Shown piece by piece: positions 48,387 through 58,461 of a DNA stretch of 64,000 nt. Position 1 is the first letter of the stretch; each line of letters opens with the position of its first letter. Under the pieces are notes generated by a model. It worked only from the letters and a program-made list of their open reading frames with translations. It made no database searches and was not told the origin of the DNA. The stretch is from Terriglobia bacterium (lineage in GTDB: Bacteria; Acidobacteriota; Terriglobia; 20CM-2-55-15), in the NCBI GenBank assembly GCA_963664115.2, contig CAXWPJ010000002.1:448001-512000 (forward strand), in the 5' to 3' direction. A program made the position numbers and the translations under genes.

Positions 48387-48755
48387 CTATGCCCACTCGA
48401 TCGCGCCTTTTTTTACGATCCAGATGTACCCGACGATCAGGATGCCCAGGAACACACACATCTCTATCAGACCAAACAGAGCCAGTTCGCCGTAAATAAT
48501 AGCCCATGGAAAAAGAAAGATCATTTCCACATCGAATATGACGAACAGGATCGCTACCAAATAGTAGCGGATGGCATAACGCCCGCGGGCATCGCCTTCC
48601 GGGTCCACACCGCACTCATACGGACTGAGTTTGCCGACGCCTCCTGTCTGGGGCCGCACGAGTTTCGCGAGCAATAACGTGACGACCGGGAACATAAACG
48701 CGATCCCTAAGAACAGGAAGATCGGGATATAGGATGTCAGTACGTTCTCAGACAT
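48387..48755 (-). CDS. nuoA: NADH-quinone oxidoreductase subunit A
   Basis: [33 protein letters not shown]; ATG at 48755. Confidence 0.95.
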   Translation of the reverse strand: MSENVLTSYIPIFLFLGIAFMFPVVTLLLAKLVRPQTGGVGKLSPYECGVDPEGDARGRYAIRYYLVAILFVIFDVEMIFLFPWAIIYGELALFGLIEMCVFLGILIVGYIWIVKKGAIEWA

Positions 48756-48833
48756 GATGACCGCTTTAGGATAAACGAAACGGGTTCTCTTCTTCAAGCG
48801 GACGGACACTTCTCGCGCCATCTGGCCTGAAAA

Positions 48834-49352
48834 CTAAATTTCGACTGAAGTGTCCGTCCCCTGTCCGCAATTCAACGAAGATTGGCCGATGACCTCAACG
48901 GCATGCCCTAGGATGGGAACCACCGCCTCCAGCGACTCCTGAACGCCTTTCACGCTGCCCGGAAGATTGATAATCAGAGTGGTGGCGCGCATTCCCGCGA
49001 TGCCTCTGGAAAGAGCAGCCCGGGGCGTCTTTTTGAGCCCTTCCGCGCGCATCAGTTCAGCCATTCCAGGCACTCCACGATCAATCACCCCCATCGTTGC
49101 CTCGGGCGTGACGTCACGCGGCGAAAGTCCCGTGCCTCCGGTCGTGACAACCAGTCGGACCTCGTCCCGATCGCACGCTAACCGCAGTTGGTCCTCGATC
49201 AGCGCCCGCTCGTCAGCCACAATCTGGACCTCACCCAGTTCGAACCCCGCACTTTCGAGGATCTTCTTGGCTTCCGGACCCGACAGGTCGTCCCTCTTTC
49301 CAGCGGCGGCCGAGTCACTGATCGTCAGCACGACTGCGCGGCCCAAACTCAT
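48834..49352 (-). CDS. mog: Molybdopterin adenylyltransferase (MogA/MoaB family)
   Basis: LTISDS..R.DLSG, TTGGTGLSPRDVTPEAT, LSRG.AG, INLPGS; ATG overlaps moaC stop. Confidence 0.92.
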   Translation of the reverse strand: MSLGRAVVLTISDSAAAGKRDDLSGPEAKKILESAGFELGEVQIVADERALIEDQLRLACDRDEVRLVVTTGGTGLSPRDVTPEATMGVIDRGVPGMAELMRAEGLKKTPRAALSRGIAGMRATTLIINLPGSVKGVQESLEAVVPILGHAVEVIGQSSLNCGQGTDTSVEI

Positions 49353-49831
49353 GCCACTGAATTCCGGCTCCAATCTCCGCTCTTGCCACCGCTCTTTTCC
49401 AGGAGTCGAACCGGGCCTATCTCCACGCTTTTGTCCACACCCTTACACATGTCATAGAGAGTGAGAGCCGCAACGGACGCCGCGACGAGGGCTTCCATTT
49501 CAACTCCGGTTTCGGCCGTAGTCGACGCCGTTGCCTCGATGCGGGCGCCGGTCCCGGTGAGTTCGATGTCGACGTCGATCTGCGAGAGCGGTAAGGGATG
49601 ACACAGCGGTATCAAGTCCGCAGTCTTCTTCGCGGCCTGGATACCGGCGATCCGCACCACTTCAAATGGGTCGCCCTTCGGTAAGGTCTTTGACGTGAGT
49701 CGCTCCAACAAGGGTTGACTCATTACCACCAAGGCTTCAGCACGGGCTGCACGCGCCGTCTTATTCTTGCCACCCACATCGACCATACGCGCACGGCCTC
49801 TGTCGTCGATATGGCTGAATTCGTTCGGCAT
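49349..49831 (-). CDS. moaC: Cyclic pyranopterin monophosphate synthase
   Basis: ARMVDV, AAKKTADLIPLCHPL, TGVEMEAL, TLYDMCK, KSGGKSG. Confidence 0.96.
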   Translation of the reverse strand: MPNEFSHIDDRGRARMVDVGGKNKTARAARAEALVVMSQPLLERLTSKTLPKGDPFEVVRIAGIQAAKKTADLIPLCHPLPLSQIDVDIELTGTGARIEATASTTAETGVEMEALVAASVAALTLYDMCKGVDKSVEIGPVRLLEKSGGKSGDWSRNSVA

Positions 49832-49847
49832 ATCAGCTAACCGCCCC

Positions 49848-51074
49848 TTAACACAGGCTTGGCGCCATAGGAATAAATCTCACCCGCGTCCCGGCCTTCA
49901 GGGACCCTTCCTGTTGCGGAATCAACACATATGCATTGGCGCGGGAAAGTCCAACCAGATCGGAAGACCCTTTCCAGTCCACCGTCTTCAATCGATATCC
50001 TCCGTCACCGAAAGAGACCGAGGCCGGAACGCACGCGGCCCTGACCCCATCACAGCGAACGTCCTGCTCCAGGTTCGCTTCAAGCAAATGATCGCCCGTT
50101 TCGCGAGCATGCAACAAGCGGCGAATCAGAGGGCGTACGAAAAGTTGGAAAGATACAATCGTGGACACGGGATTGCCCGGTAGCCCAAATACGAACGTCC
50201 GGCCTCTCCATCCGAACACCGTCGGCTTGCCCGGCTTCATCGCAACCTTGTCGAAACCGATTTCGACGCCATGATCGGCCAGGACCCCTTCCACAAGGTC
50301 GTACTTTCCCATCGAAACGCCGCCGGAAGTAATGACGATGTCGCGTTCCAGGGCTTGGCCGACCTTCTGACCCAGATCCTCGACATCGTCCGATACGATG
50401 CCCAGCAATTCCGGCTCTCCTCCGGCAGCGGCAACCTGAGCGAACAACGTAAAGCTGTTGCTGTTGCGGATCTGGGCCCGTCCCGGCTTCTGATCGACTG
50501 CGACAAGTTCGTCTCCCGTCGACAGGATCGCGACTCTTGGTCTTCTCGAAACTTGCACCCGGGCACAACCGACGGACGCGAGAACTCCAATCTCGGGAAC
50601 TTGGATCTCACGGCCGGACTCCAGAATCAGGTCTCCTTTTCTGCATTCGGTGCCTTCGGGCTGAATGCTTCGGCCGGCTTTTACGCCTTCGAGAATGCGC
50701 ACCCTGCGCTCAGAAACCTTCTCGGTGTATTCCACCATGACCACCGCGTCGGCACCGGCAGGAACTTCTGCTCCGGTCATGATTTCAACGCACTGCCCCT
50801 GGCCTATGGAACCATCATACGAGGTTCCGGCCCTCGACTCTCCGACAACATCCAGTTCTGCGGGAACACTCCGAACATCCTCGGCTTTGAGGGCGAATCC
50901 ATCGCGAATTGATCGGTCAAAAGGCGGAGAGTTCAGGTCAGCGCTTACTTGCTGGCGGAGCGTGCGACCAATGCTGCGGGAAAGGCTGATGTCCTCGGCA
51001 GGCATAAAGTCTTCTCCGACTTCTGCCTGCACCCGGTTGGAAACGATTTGAAGGCCCTGCTCGATAGAAATCAT
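49848..51074 (-). CDS. moeA: Molybdopterin molybdenumtransferase
   Basis: PPFDRSIRDGFA, IMTGAEVP.GADAVVMVE, STGDEL, SGGVSMGKYD, KPGKP, GLPGNPVS. Confidence 0.95.
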   Translation of the reverse strand: MISIEQGLQIVSNRVQAEVGEDFMPAEDISLSRSIGRTLRQQVSADLNSPPFDRSIRDGFALKAEDVRSVPAELDVVGESRAGTSYDGSIGQGQCVEIMTGAEVPAGADAVVMVEYTEKVSERRVRILEGVKAGRSIQPEGTECRKGDLILESGREIQVPEIGVLASVGCARVQVSRRPRVAILSTGDELVAVDQKPGRAQIRNSNSFTLFAQVAAAGGEPELLGIVSDDVEDLGQKVGQALERDIVITSGGVSMGKYDLVEGVLADHGVEIGFDKVAMKPGKPTVFGWRGRTFVFGLPGNPVSTIVSFQLFVRPLIRRLLHARETGDHLLEANLEQDVRCDGVRAACVPASVSFGDGGYRLKTVDWKGSSDLVGLSRANAYVLIPQQEGSLKAGTRVRFIPMAPSLC

Positions 51075-51436
51075 TCCTCGAAGGTCTCACCCGTCAAGCG
51101 CCAGTCGAATTCCACTTCATCCTGAAACACTCGCAGGTCCACAGGAACCGCGTAGTACACCACGACTACGAAAAAAGGCCCATCCCGGGTGACTTCAACA
51201 CTGACAGCGACGTCTTCATCCAGAACGGGAGCCGTGTACTCCTCGGCCAGTCGCATAATCGCCCCGTGAACGTAATCAACCGTGCGCCGACTCGTTCCGG
51301 CAAACCGGACTTCCTGCCGGATCGCATCATAAAACTGCCACGCGCTGTAGTAGACGGGAAGGTAGAGAACCCCGGCGTAGAGAACGATTGCTATGAGGAG
51401 GAGATAGGCAGTCCCCCGGGGAAGGAGGCCAAACAT
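51071..51436 (-). CDS. Small membrane-anchored hypothetical protein (DUF4845-like)
   Basis: Single N-terminal TM followed by PVY; C-terminal beta-rich region; stop overlaps moeA start. Confidence 0.65.
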   Translation of the reverse strand: MFGLLPRGTAYLLLIAIVLYAGVLYLPVYYSAWQFYDAIRQEVRFAGTSRRTVDYVHGAIMRLAEEYTAPVLDEDVAVSVEVTRDGPFFVVVVYYAVPVDLRVFQDEVEFDWRLTGETFEE

Positions 51437-51444
51437 GATGCGGG

Positions 51445-51453
51445 ATTATAGCA
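51445..51453 (-). promoter_or_regulatory. Extended -10 promoter, probably giving a leaderless transcript
   Basis: TGCTATAAT on the minus strand, 8 nt upstream of the ATG at 51436; no SD. Confidence 0.6.
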
Positions 51454-51495
51454 CAGCATGTTAGAGTGACCCCGGGAAGCTGCCCGGAGGAATTG

Positions 51496-52770
51496 ATGAA
51501 GAACGAGACGGTCACCAGAGCGATTGAAGTGCCATTAAGAGATTTAGATCCAGAGGTTTACGAGGCCATAAAAAACGAAGAACGGAGACAGTCCGGCTGC
51601 CTTGAACTAATCGCCTCCGAGAACTTCACTTACGAAGCCGTCCTTGAAGCCACAGGCTCCGTGTTCACCAACAAGTATGCGGAAGGGTATCCCGGTCGAC
51701 GCTATTACGGAGGCTGCGAGTACGCAGACGTGGTGGAACGTTTGGCTATCGAACGCGCGAAAGAAATCTTTGGCGCCGAGCACGTCAACGTCCAACCCCA
51801 TTCGGGGAGCCAGGCCAACATGGCGGTGTATCTAACCGTCCTCAAACCCGGCGACACGGTCCTGGGAATGAATCTCTCTCACGGCGGACACCTGACTCAT
51901 GGCCACCCACTGAATTTTTCGGGCAAGTACTACACGGTCATCCCCTACGGCGTCCGCGAAGACACCGAGGTGATCGATTACGACCGACTGGCCTCGCTCG
52001 CCGCTGAACACAAGCCGAGACTGATCGTTGCCGGCGGGAGTGCGTATCCCCGCACTCTCGATTTCGAACGATTCGGCAAGATTGCGCGCGCGAACGGTTC
52101 CCTGCTGATGGCCGACATTGCACACATTTCAGGTCTGGTCGCGGCGGGCCAACATCCGGATCCCGTTCCGCATTGCGATTTCGTTACGAGTACGACGCAC
52201 AAGACCTTGCGGGGACCACGTAGTGGTTTCATCATGTGCCGGGAAGAGTATCGAAAGGATCTGAACCGGTCGGTCTTCCCGGAAATGCAGGGCGGACCGC
52301 TGGTCCACGTGATCGCGGCGAAAGCAGTCTGTTTCAAGGAAGCCGCAACTAAAGAATTCAGGACTTACATCGGCGGTGTCATCACCAACGCCAAGGTCTT
52401 GTCCGAACAAATCGCGAGCCGCGATTTCCGTTTGGTGTCGGGCGGAACCGACACGCATCTGATGCTGGTGGACGTGTTTTCAAAGGGTATCGATGGGAGC
52501 CAGGCCGAAACCGCTCTGGAACGTGCGGGAATCACGGTCAATAAGAATACGATTCCGTTCGACACGAACCCACCGATGAAGCCCAGTGGTATCCGCATCG
52601 GCACGCCCGCACTAACGAGCCGCGGAATGGGAGCGACAGAAATGGCAGCAATTGGCAACTGGATCGCCGAAGTCCTGGAAGACGTGGAAAACGAGACGAC
52701 GATCGCGCGGGTCCGGAAAGAGGTCTCGGCACTCTGTGAACGCTTCCCGCTCTACACGAACGGTATTTAG
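51496..52770 (+). CDS. glyA: Serine hydroxymethyltransferase
   Basis: GGAGG RBS, ATG 51496; [47 protein letters not shown]. Confidence 0.97.
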   Translation: MKNETVTRAIEVPLRDLDPEVYEAIKNEERRQSGCLELIASENFTYEAVLEATGSVFTNKYAEGYPGRRYYGGCEYADVVERLAIERAKEIFGAEHVNVQPHSGSQANMAVYLTVLKPGDTVLGMNLSHGGHLTHGHPLNFSGKYYTVIPYGVREDTEVIDYDRLASLAAEHKPRLIVAGGSAYPRTLDFERFGKIARANGSLLMADIAHISGLVAAGQHPDPVPHCDFVTSTTHKTLRGPRSGFIMCREEYRKDLNRSVFPEMQGGPLVHVIAAKAVCFKEAATKEFRTYIGGVITNAKVLSEQIASRDFRLVSGGTDTHLMLVDVFSKGIDGSQAETALERAGITVNKNTIPFDTNPPMKPSGIRIGTPALTSRGMGATEMAAIGNWIAEVLEDVENETTIARVRKEVSALCERFPLYTNGI

Positions 52771-52783
52771 GGCACTAAGCCAG

Positions 52784-52819
52784 AAAAAACGGCTGCCTTA
52801 GTTAACCAAGGCCGCCGTT
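52784..52819 (-). terminator. Rho-independent terminator between convergent glyA and the DUF4175-like gene
   Basis: AACGGCTGCCTT / AAGGCCGCCGTT hairpin with a T6 tract on the minus strand. Confidence 0.7.
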
Positions 52820-52850
52820 GCAACTATTAGAACGTGTCTAACGCGGGTCC

Positions 52851-55800
52851 CTAATCGCTTTCGCTACCCAGCCTCTCGTAATACTCCTCTACAAGCCTTC
52901 GATAGCGTGCCGGAATCTCGTCTTCCTGTGCCGAACGGATATTTTCTCGACCGATCAGGATTTGGAGTTCCCGGCTCAACTCGAGTTCGACCGAGCGGAA
53001 CGGCAGGATGATGTCGCTGACCAAAGCCTCAATTTCCGCAAGATCGCCAGGTTGCCCGTCCATGCGGCGCCGCATGGCATTCATGATCCGGTTGAGATCG
53101 TCCTCTAACGGGTCGCCGGAGCCTAACAAACTGCGAATGTCTTCGACATCCTGCAGCCGCTGCTCCCATTCGCGAGTCAGCTGGCGGATGTCATCGGCAC
53201 TCAAATTACGATTGCCGAAACCACCGACACGGCCGCCAAAACCGTTGTTGGGACCACCGAAGCCGTTGCCGGCCTGTTGACCCGGCTGGCCCTGCCCGCC
53301 CTGACCTTGTTGGCCCTGCTGACCCTGGCCTCCCTGGCCTTGTTGACCCTCCTGGCCTTGCTGACCCTGTTGCCCTTGTTGGCCTTGCTGACTCTGCTGT
53401 TCGGCCTGTTCGTTTTCAAAGCGCCGTTGCATCGATTCGAGGCGCCGGATCGCGTCGCTCGTTTGATTCAGTGCATTCTGAACCTGTCGCTCCTCGGTAT
53501 CGGCTGCACTGGCGACGGCCTGTGTTAACTGACGCTCGACGTCCTCGATCGCATCGGCGACTTCTTCTTCTCTCTGGGCCGCATATTCCAGGTATCCCCC
53601 TTCAAGCAGTTCCTGTCCATTGTTCATCTTGTCAACGAGACGATTGGACCGAATGGCATTTGCAGCGCTGCGAATCTGCCGCGCAGTTTCCTGGCTCGAG
53701 GGACTCCCCTGTAAGGAGTCGAGTCCTTCCTGAAGCGCGCGCAACTCCTCCACAGCTTCCTCTTTTAGTTCGGTGATCTGCCCTACTCTCCGCTCGAGAT
53801 CTGTCTGTGGGTCCTCAGCCACACGGCCTGTCTGGTCTGCAATTTCTCGCTGCTGGTCTGCTAAACGTCCAGCCTGACGCTGCAGGTTGGCCAGCTGCTC
53901 CTCAAGACTACCGCCCTGAGCACCCGAGAGAAGATTCTCCGCGCGCTCGAGCTCTTCCATCGCTTCCTCCGCGGCCTGCTGTTGCTGTTGACCCGTGCCG
54001 TTCTGCGCCTGTCGCATGTTGCGGGCGGCCTGATTCAGAGCGCGACCGACCTCAGCCATCTGAGGATCGTTATTTTCACGTGAGAGCCGGTCTAACTGGC
54101 GCGCCAGGCGCTCGGTCTCCCGTCGAATCTCATCGGCCGTCATCTGTCCGGTACCACCGCCACCACCATTACCCGACAGCGCCTGCTGACGCTGCTGCTC
54201 CATCATCCGCTGCTGACGTTCGGCAAGTTCCTTGAGTTTCTCAAGGGCTTCGTTCATTTCCTGACTGCCGCCCGGGGCTCCCTCCCCGCGCTCAAGTGTC
54301 TCGTACTGATTCGTGTTCTGATCCAATTCAAGGTCGAAGAGGTCCGCGAGGTCTTCGGCGTTCTGGCCACCGCCACCGCCGCCACCGCCGCCACCGCCCA
54401 TCGTGACCTGAACCTGATTGAACAGGGCTTCGGCACGCATCAGGTACTGGAGCGATTTTTTCTCAAATGGCTGGGCCTCTTCCAGGTTCTCGTCGACGAG
54501 CTGCTGGGAGGCCGGGCCCATCTGTTCGAGCGCCAACTGGAGGTTATCGGCCAGCTGACCGATCTGTTCATCCTGGGCCAAGCCCCGACGCGTGAGACGC
54601 TGCATCAGGGTTTGGGTTTGTTCGGCCAGGGTGCTCTGGTTTTCAGCTACGGCCTGGATGTTGTCGGAATACTCCCCGGCGTTGAAGCTGTCTTCATCAC
54701 GCAGGAGCCTGAACGTGGCCGCGATGATCTCCTTCTGCCGTTGGGACAAAGCCGCGGCCGAATCATCGCCACCACCACCGCCACCGCCCCCCTGCTGGCC
54801 CTGGAAGTACTCCATGCCAAAGGGCCGGACTTCAATAAAGTAGATGTCGGTCAGGACTTCATTCGACGGCCGGTTCGAATCCACTGCCTTGCCGTAGTAG
54901 GTGATGAAGTCGCCGGGCTGGATCTCATATTCTTCAAGGAAGAACGTGTAGGACCCTGATATCTCCTTGGGTGCGGTGCCGTTGTTGGCAAACAGGTCGA
55001 TCACCTGTTCCTCGCCCCCGTTCACTGCAAAATAGATGCCCAGCGTTTCGATCCCGAGATCGTCCTCAGCTTCCAATTCAGTGAAAATTTCTTCTACCGT
55101 GGACGCCTTGTAGTCGCGCCCAGGCTCGGTGAACTGAACAATTGGTTTCTGATCGTCAAGAGCTTCCATCCCATACTCGGACAGGCTGAGATACTCCTGT
55201 CCACGCGTATTTTCCAGCTCTATCCGGAATGTTGTCGACCGGTCGACTGTGAGTGCGGCGATCGCGATCTGCCCTTCTCCGGGCGTCAGCTCCAGTTCAA
55301 TTCCGTCAGCAAAAATCAGACGGCCCCCTTGCAATTCCTGGCTCGCATGGACGGTCATCTCCACCTCTGTTCCACGCAACGCCACAATGTCGAACGCATC
55401 TTGTTCCGTGCGCGAACTGAGACGGGTATAGCTCGGGTAGTTGTAGGTGTAATCGATGCTTTCGACTCTTGGCAGGTCGGCCACAGAGATCACGAATTCA
55501 GCTGACTGAAACCCGACCGCCTGCACGTAATAGCGGATCGGCTCCTGGACGTTGAACAAGAGGCGACGGAACGTAGGCACGATTTCGGGTGCGACGTCCA
55601 TCGTAGAGATTTCCCACTGGGAACTGTTGTCGTAGCGCAAATGGACTTCGGCACGTTCGGGATCGAAGCCCAAAGCCACCGCTTCCAGCACGACATCGCT
55701 TCCCCGGGGAACGGTCGTATCTCCAGGAGTAACCTCGATTGAATAGTCCGGTCCCGGAGGCGGCTCAATGAATCCAGCAAACAGCCGGGCGCTGCCATAG

Positions 55801-56312
55801 GGAAAGAAGGTGCCGGAAAAATACAACGAGATGATCAGGGCCACCGCAAAAACGACGGTCAACAGGGCAAAAACGTTGAACTTCTGCCGGTTGACGAGAC
55901 CGTCAAAACGGATACGACGCGTCGCCTCGACGGCGTCGCGAATCAGCAGGAAACTGAATGGCCCTCTATCGCCATCTGGCTTGTTGACAACTTCGACGGC
56001 ACTCACCAAACGGTCTTCCAGTCCAGGATGCTTCTCTTCGACGAAGCGAGCCAGCTGTATGTCGTCGGGCTTTCGGCTGAGCGGAAGAATCAGCATTTTA
56101 ATCGCTGTTCCGATCAGCGCTCCAAGCAACGCAAAGCGCAGAACGACAACCACCCACGCAGGTATCCCAGTGGACTCGGCAATACTCATGCTCACGATCA
56201 GCGCGGCGATGCCAATTCCAAGGACCCAGGCCAGCCCCTTAAACCAGACGAATTGGTTCCATCGGTGACGAACTCTTCGGATTCTTCGTGATAGTTCCCG
56301 TCTCGGTTCCAT
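52851..56312 (-). CDS. Large membrane-anchored protein (DUF4175-like): 3 TM, Ig-like domains, long coiled coil, QG/poly-G tracts
   Basis: N-terminal TMs with ARFVE..PGLEDRLVSAVE, beta-rich middle (DQKP.V, AEDDLGI, PGD.ITYY, FIEVRPF), Q/E-rich helices, C-terminal IPARYRRLVEEYYERL. Confidence 0.85.
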   Translation of the reverse strand: MEPRRELSRRIRRVRHRWNQFVWFKGLAWVLGIGIAALIVSMSIAESTGIPAWVVVVLRFALLGALIGTAIKMLILPLSRKPDDIQLARFVEEKHPGLEDRLVSAVEVVNKPDGDRGPFSFLLIRDAVEATRRIRFDGLVNRQKFNVFALLTVVFAVALIISLYFSGTFFPYGSARLFAGFIEPPPGPDYSIEVTPGDTTVPRGSDVVLEAVALGFDPERAEVHLRYDNSSQWEISTMDVAPEIVPTFRRLLFNVQEPIRYYVQAVGFQSAEFVISVADLPRVESIDYTYNYPSYTRLSSRTEQDAFDIVALRGTEVEMTVHASQELQGGRLIFADGIELELTPGEGQIAIAALTVDRSTTFRIELENTRGQEYLSLSEYGMEALDDQKPIVQFTEPGRDYKASTVEEIFTELEAEDDLGIETLGIYFAVNGGEEQVIDLFANNGTAPKEISGSYTFFLEEYEIQPGDFITYYGKAVDSNRPSNEVLTDIYFIEVRPFGMEYFQGQQGGGGGGGGDDSAAALSQRQKEIIAATFRLLRDEDSFNAGEYSDNIQAVAENQSTLAEQTQTLMQRLTRRGLAQDEQIGQLADNLQLALEQMGPASQQLVDENLEEAQPFEKKSLQYLMRAEALFNQVQVTMGGGGGGGGGGGQNAEDLADLFDLELDQNTNQYETLERGEGAPGGSQEMNEALEKLKELAERQQRMMEQQRQQALSGNGGGGGTGQMTADEIRRETERLARQLDRLSRENNDPQMAEVGRALNQAARNMRQAQNGTGQQQQQAAEEAMEELERAENLLSGAQGGSLEEQLANLQRQAGRLADQQREIADQTGRVAEDPQTDLERRVGQITELKEEAVEELRALQEGLDSLQGSPSSQETARQIRSAANAIRSNRLVDKMNNGQELLEGGYLEYAAQREEEVADAIEDVERQLTQAVASAADTEERQVQNALNQTSDAIRRLESMQRRFENEQAEQQSQQGQQGQQGQQGQEGQQGQGGQGQQGQQGQGGQGQPGQQAGNGFGGPNNGFGGRVGGFGNRNLSADDIRQLTREWEQRLQDVEDIRSLLGSGDPLEDDLNRIMNAMRRRMDGQPGDLAEIEALVSDIILPFRSVELELSRELQILIGRENIRSAQEDEIPARYRRLVEEYYERLGSESD
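53270..53400 (-). repeat. Low-complexity coding repeat (QGQ)n
   Basis: Encodes QQGQQGQQGQQGQEGQQGQGGQGQQGQQGQGGQGQPGQQ. Confidence 0.8.
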
Positions 56313-56371
56313 TACGGCTCCTTCAAGTGTATTTGAGGTCCGATAAAGCTATACCCCGACGCAGCGCCACA

Positions 56372-58447
56372 CTAGGTCGCTTTGCTGGCAGCGGGAGTTC
56401 GCTGGCTCACTGATTCTGTAACACGATTCCCTACGTAAATTTCACTTATTGCCAACAAAAGTGCAAACAAGAAAAAGTACCACCACCAGTTCTGACGTTC
56501 TGCGTAATCGTTCCCCTCAGCTTCGGTAATCAAGGCACCCCGTGCCACCTCACCCTCCAACCGCTGTACGCTGGCCATCAAGTCCTCAGGCACCATGCGT
56601 TCCAGGAGGCTTTCACTCGTGGGTGCATTGACCGCGATACGCGTTGATTCCGGCCCGACGCGGAGTTCGTGAAAACCTATCAGATCCGGCGTAAAGAACC
56701 GCCGGCCTGTCGTGGATGTTTCCGCAAGAGTCAGTCGGTCACCATTCGGATCGATCAGGGCGGCGGTCTCCTCCGCTCCAATAGTGACCGGAACGGCTTC
56801 GCCCAGCTGGTACCACGCGCTGCTGTCATTATAGCGCGCCAGATATCTCGCCATTTCATGAATAACTGGAAGGAACGACACGTTTAAAGGAAGATCGTTC
56901 CACGCGTTGTCGACCGGTGAGCCTACAACGAGCAAGCCCGGATCCTCCGCGCTCGAATCGACGATGGCTGCGGAACCGTCCTCGAAACTGGCAACGGTCA
57001 CGGCGCCCTCTTTGGGTTCGATTTCTGAGAAAGCAAAAAACCGGGCTGTGTTCAACGTCAGCCTGGCGCCTTCCTCCAGGGGCGAAAAGATCTCGTGGCT
57101 TCTCTCGTAGGTGGTGAGCGAATAGAACGCCTGACCCCGATCGCTTTCCACAAACACCTTGGCACCCAGACGAACCGGCATCGCGGCGTAGGTATTCCAC
57201 CAATCGATGTTGGCGTTTTCACCGAGGAATACCAGCTGCCCCTGTCCCGTCGCGCGCAACTCGTCGAGCTTATCCCGGAACGCGTCCGTCAGTTGAGGCA
57301 CGTCATTGATGATGACGACTTCAAAATCTTCCAACTCGGCCGGATTCACGTTGCTTGCCTGGCGTAACTCGATTTCAAAAGGAAGATCCGGCGCTGAACT
57401 GAAGGCTTGTTCCAGGAAAAAGCTCTGATCCGCGCGGCCGGCATCGGCGATGAGCACGCGCAATCGATCCCGCCGCAGTATTACGAAACGAAATTCATTG
57501 TCGCTGGCCAGTTCGTCCTCGTCCTCGATCTGCACGCGTCCGCGCGAGTAGCCCGTGGGCAGATCGAAATCCGTGAATTCGGCCAGCACGGAAGAATCGG
57601 CCGGAATCGCGACATCCTGACGATCGACGATGCGATCGTTGATTTCCAAAGAGACACCCACGTTCGTCGCTCTGGCCAGATCATGGTTGTTGATTCGGGC
57701 TAACAACTGGCCCTCATAAGTCCGTGTGAACACCGTAGCGTCCACACCCACACTGTCGATGCCGACGTTATCCGGATTTTCGACTCCCAGATCGACCAAC
57801 TCGGTCCGCACGTTCGCATCAATGACGCTCTCGCGGGAGGACCGGTTCCATCCATTGCGCTGAAAGTCCGAAATGACCACCAGCTCCCGGTCGTACCCCG
57901 CCAGTTGGGCCAGAACCCGATCCGCCAGAGTAAAGGCTTCGTAGTAGCTGGTCCTGTTGGAAGTCGGTTCGAGCGCGTCCACAATGGCTTTGAGTTCAAC
58001 CGGATCATCAGTGGGACTTCCCAGTAAAGTAGCGCGGTCGCTGAATGACACCAACGCCATCGGCTCTCCGGGCCCCAGAGCGTCGATGCGGTTGATGGCC
58101 TCGTCCTTCATCCGTTCGAAAGTGGTTCCATAGGTCATGCTGTAGCTGTTGTCCAGGACGATGACGACGGCCTGGTCTCCGCTCTCGGGAACGAGAGCGT
58201 CATCGGACCGGACAAGATAGGGACGCGCGAAGGCACCGATCAGCAACGCGATCAACAACAGACGCATCGCCATCAACAACAGGTTCCTGAGTTTCTGCTG
58301 GCGGATCGCTTTTTTGGGAATCCGGAGCAGGAACATCAAAGAACTGAAGCGGACGATCTCGGACTTGTCCTTCTTAACGAGGTGGACAAGGATCGGAACC
58401 GCCAGAACAAGAGATCCAATGAAGAACAGTGGGTTCAAAAACGCCAT
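56372..58447 (-). CDS. BatA N-terminal double-TM + vWA domain membrane protein
   Basis: MAFLNP..PILVHL..FSSLMFL..LLLMAMRLL..ARP (BatA); MIDAS LDNSYSM, ISDFQ; C-terminal TM. Confidence 0.88.
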   Translation of the reverse strand: MAFLNPLFFIGSLVLAVPILVHLVKKDKSEIVRFSSLMFLLRIPKKAIRQQKLRNLLLMAMRLLLIALLIGAFARPYLVRSDDALVPESGDQAVVIVLDNSYSMTYGTTFERMKDEAINRIDALGPGEPMALVSFSDRATLLGSPTDDPVELKAIVDALEPTSNRTSYYEAFTLADRVLAQLAGYDRELVVISDFQRNGWNRSSRESVIDANVRTELVDLGVENPDNVGIDSVGVDATVFTRTYEGQLLARINNHDLARATNVGVSLEINDRIVDRQDVAIPADSSVLAEFTDFDLPTGYSRGRVQIEDEDELASDNEFRFVILRRDRLRVLIADAGRADQSFFLEQAFSSAPDLPFEIELRQASNVNPAELEDFEVVIINDVPQLTDAFRDKLDELRATGQGQLVFLGENANIDWWNTYAAMPVRLGAKVFVESDRGQAFYSLTTYERSHEIFSPLEEGARLTLNTARFFAFSEIEPKEGAVTVASFEDGSAAIVDSSAEDPGLLVVGSPVDNAWNDLPLNVSFLPVIHEMARYLARYNDSSAWYQLGEAVPVTIGAEETAALIDPNGDRLTLAETSTTGRRFFTPDLIGFHELRVGPESTRIAVNAPTSESLLERMVPEDLMASVQRLEGEVARGALITEAEGNDYAERQNWWWYFFLFALLLAISEIYVGNRVTESVSQRTPAASKAT

Positions 58448-58461
58448 TGTTTTAGTTTTCG

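Noticed and set aside
36918-48755. Group 4 NiFe hydrogenase or 2M-type complex I
   Set aside because: NuoD lacks both CxxC Ni-binding motifs, and only one nuoM is present
53270-54800. CRISPR or satellite interpretation of repeats (also 62978-63022)
   Set aside because: They are in-frame coding low-complexity repeats (QG, poly-G, SAEPN) without unique spacers or cas genes
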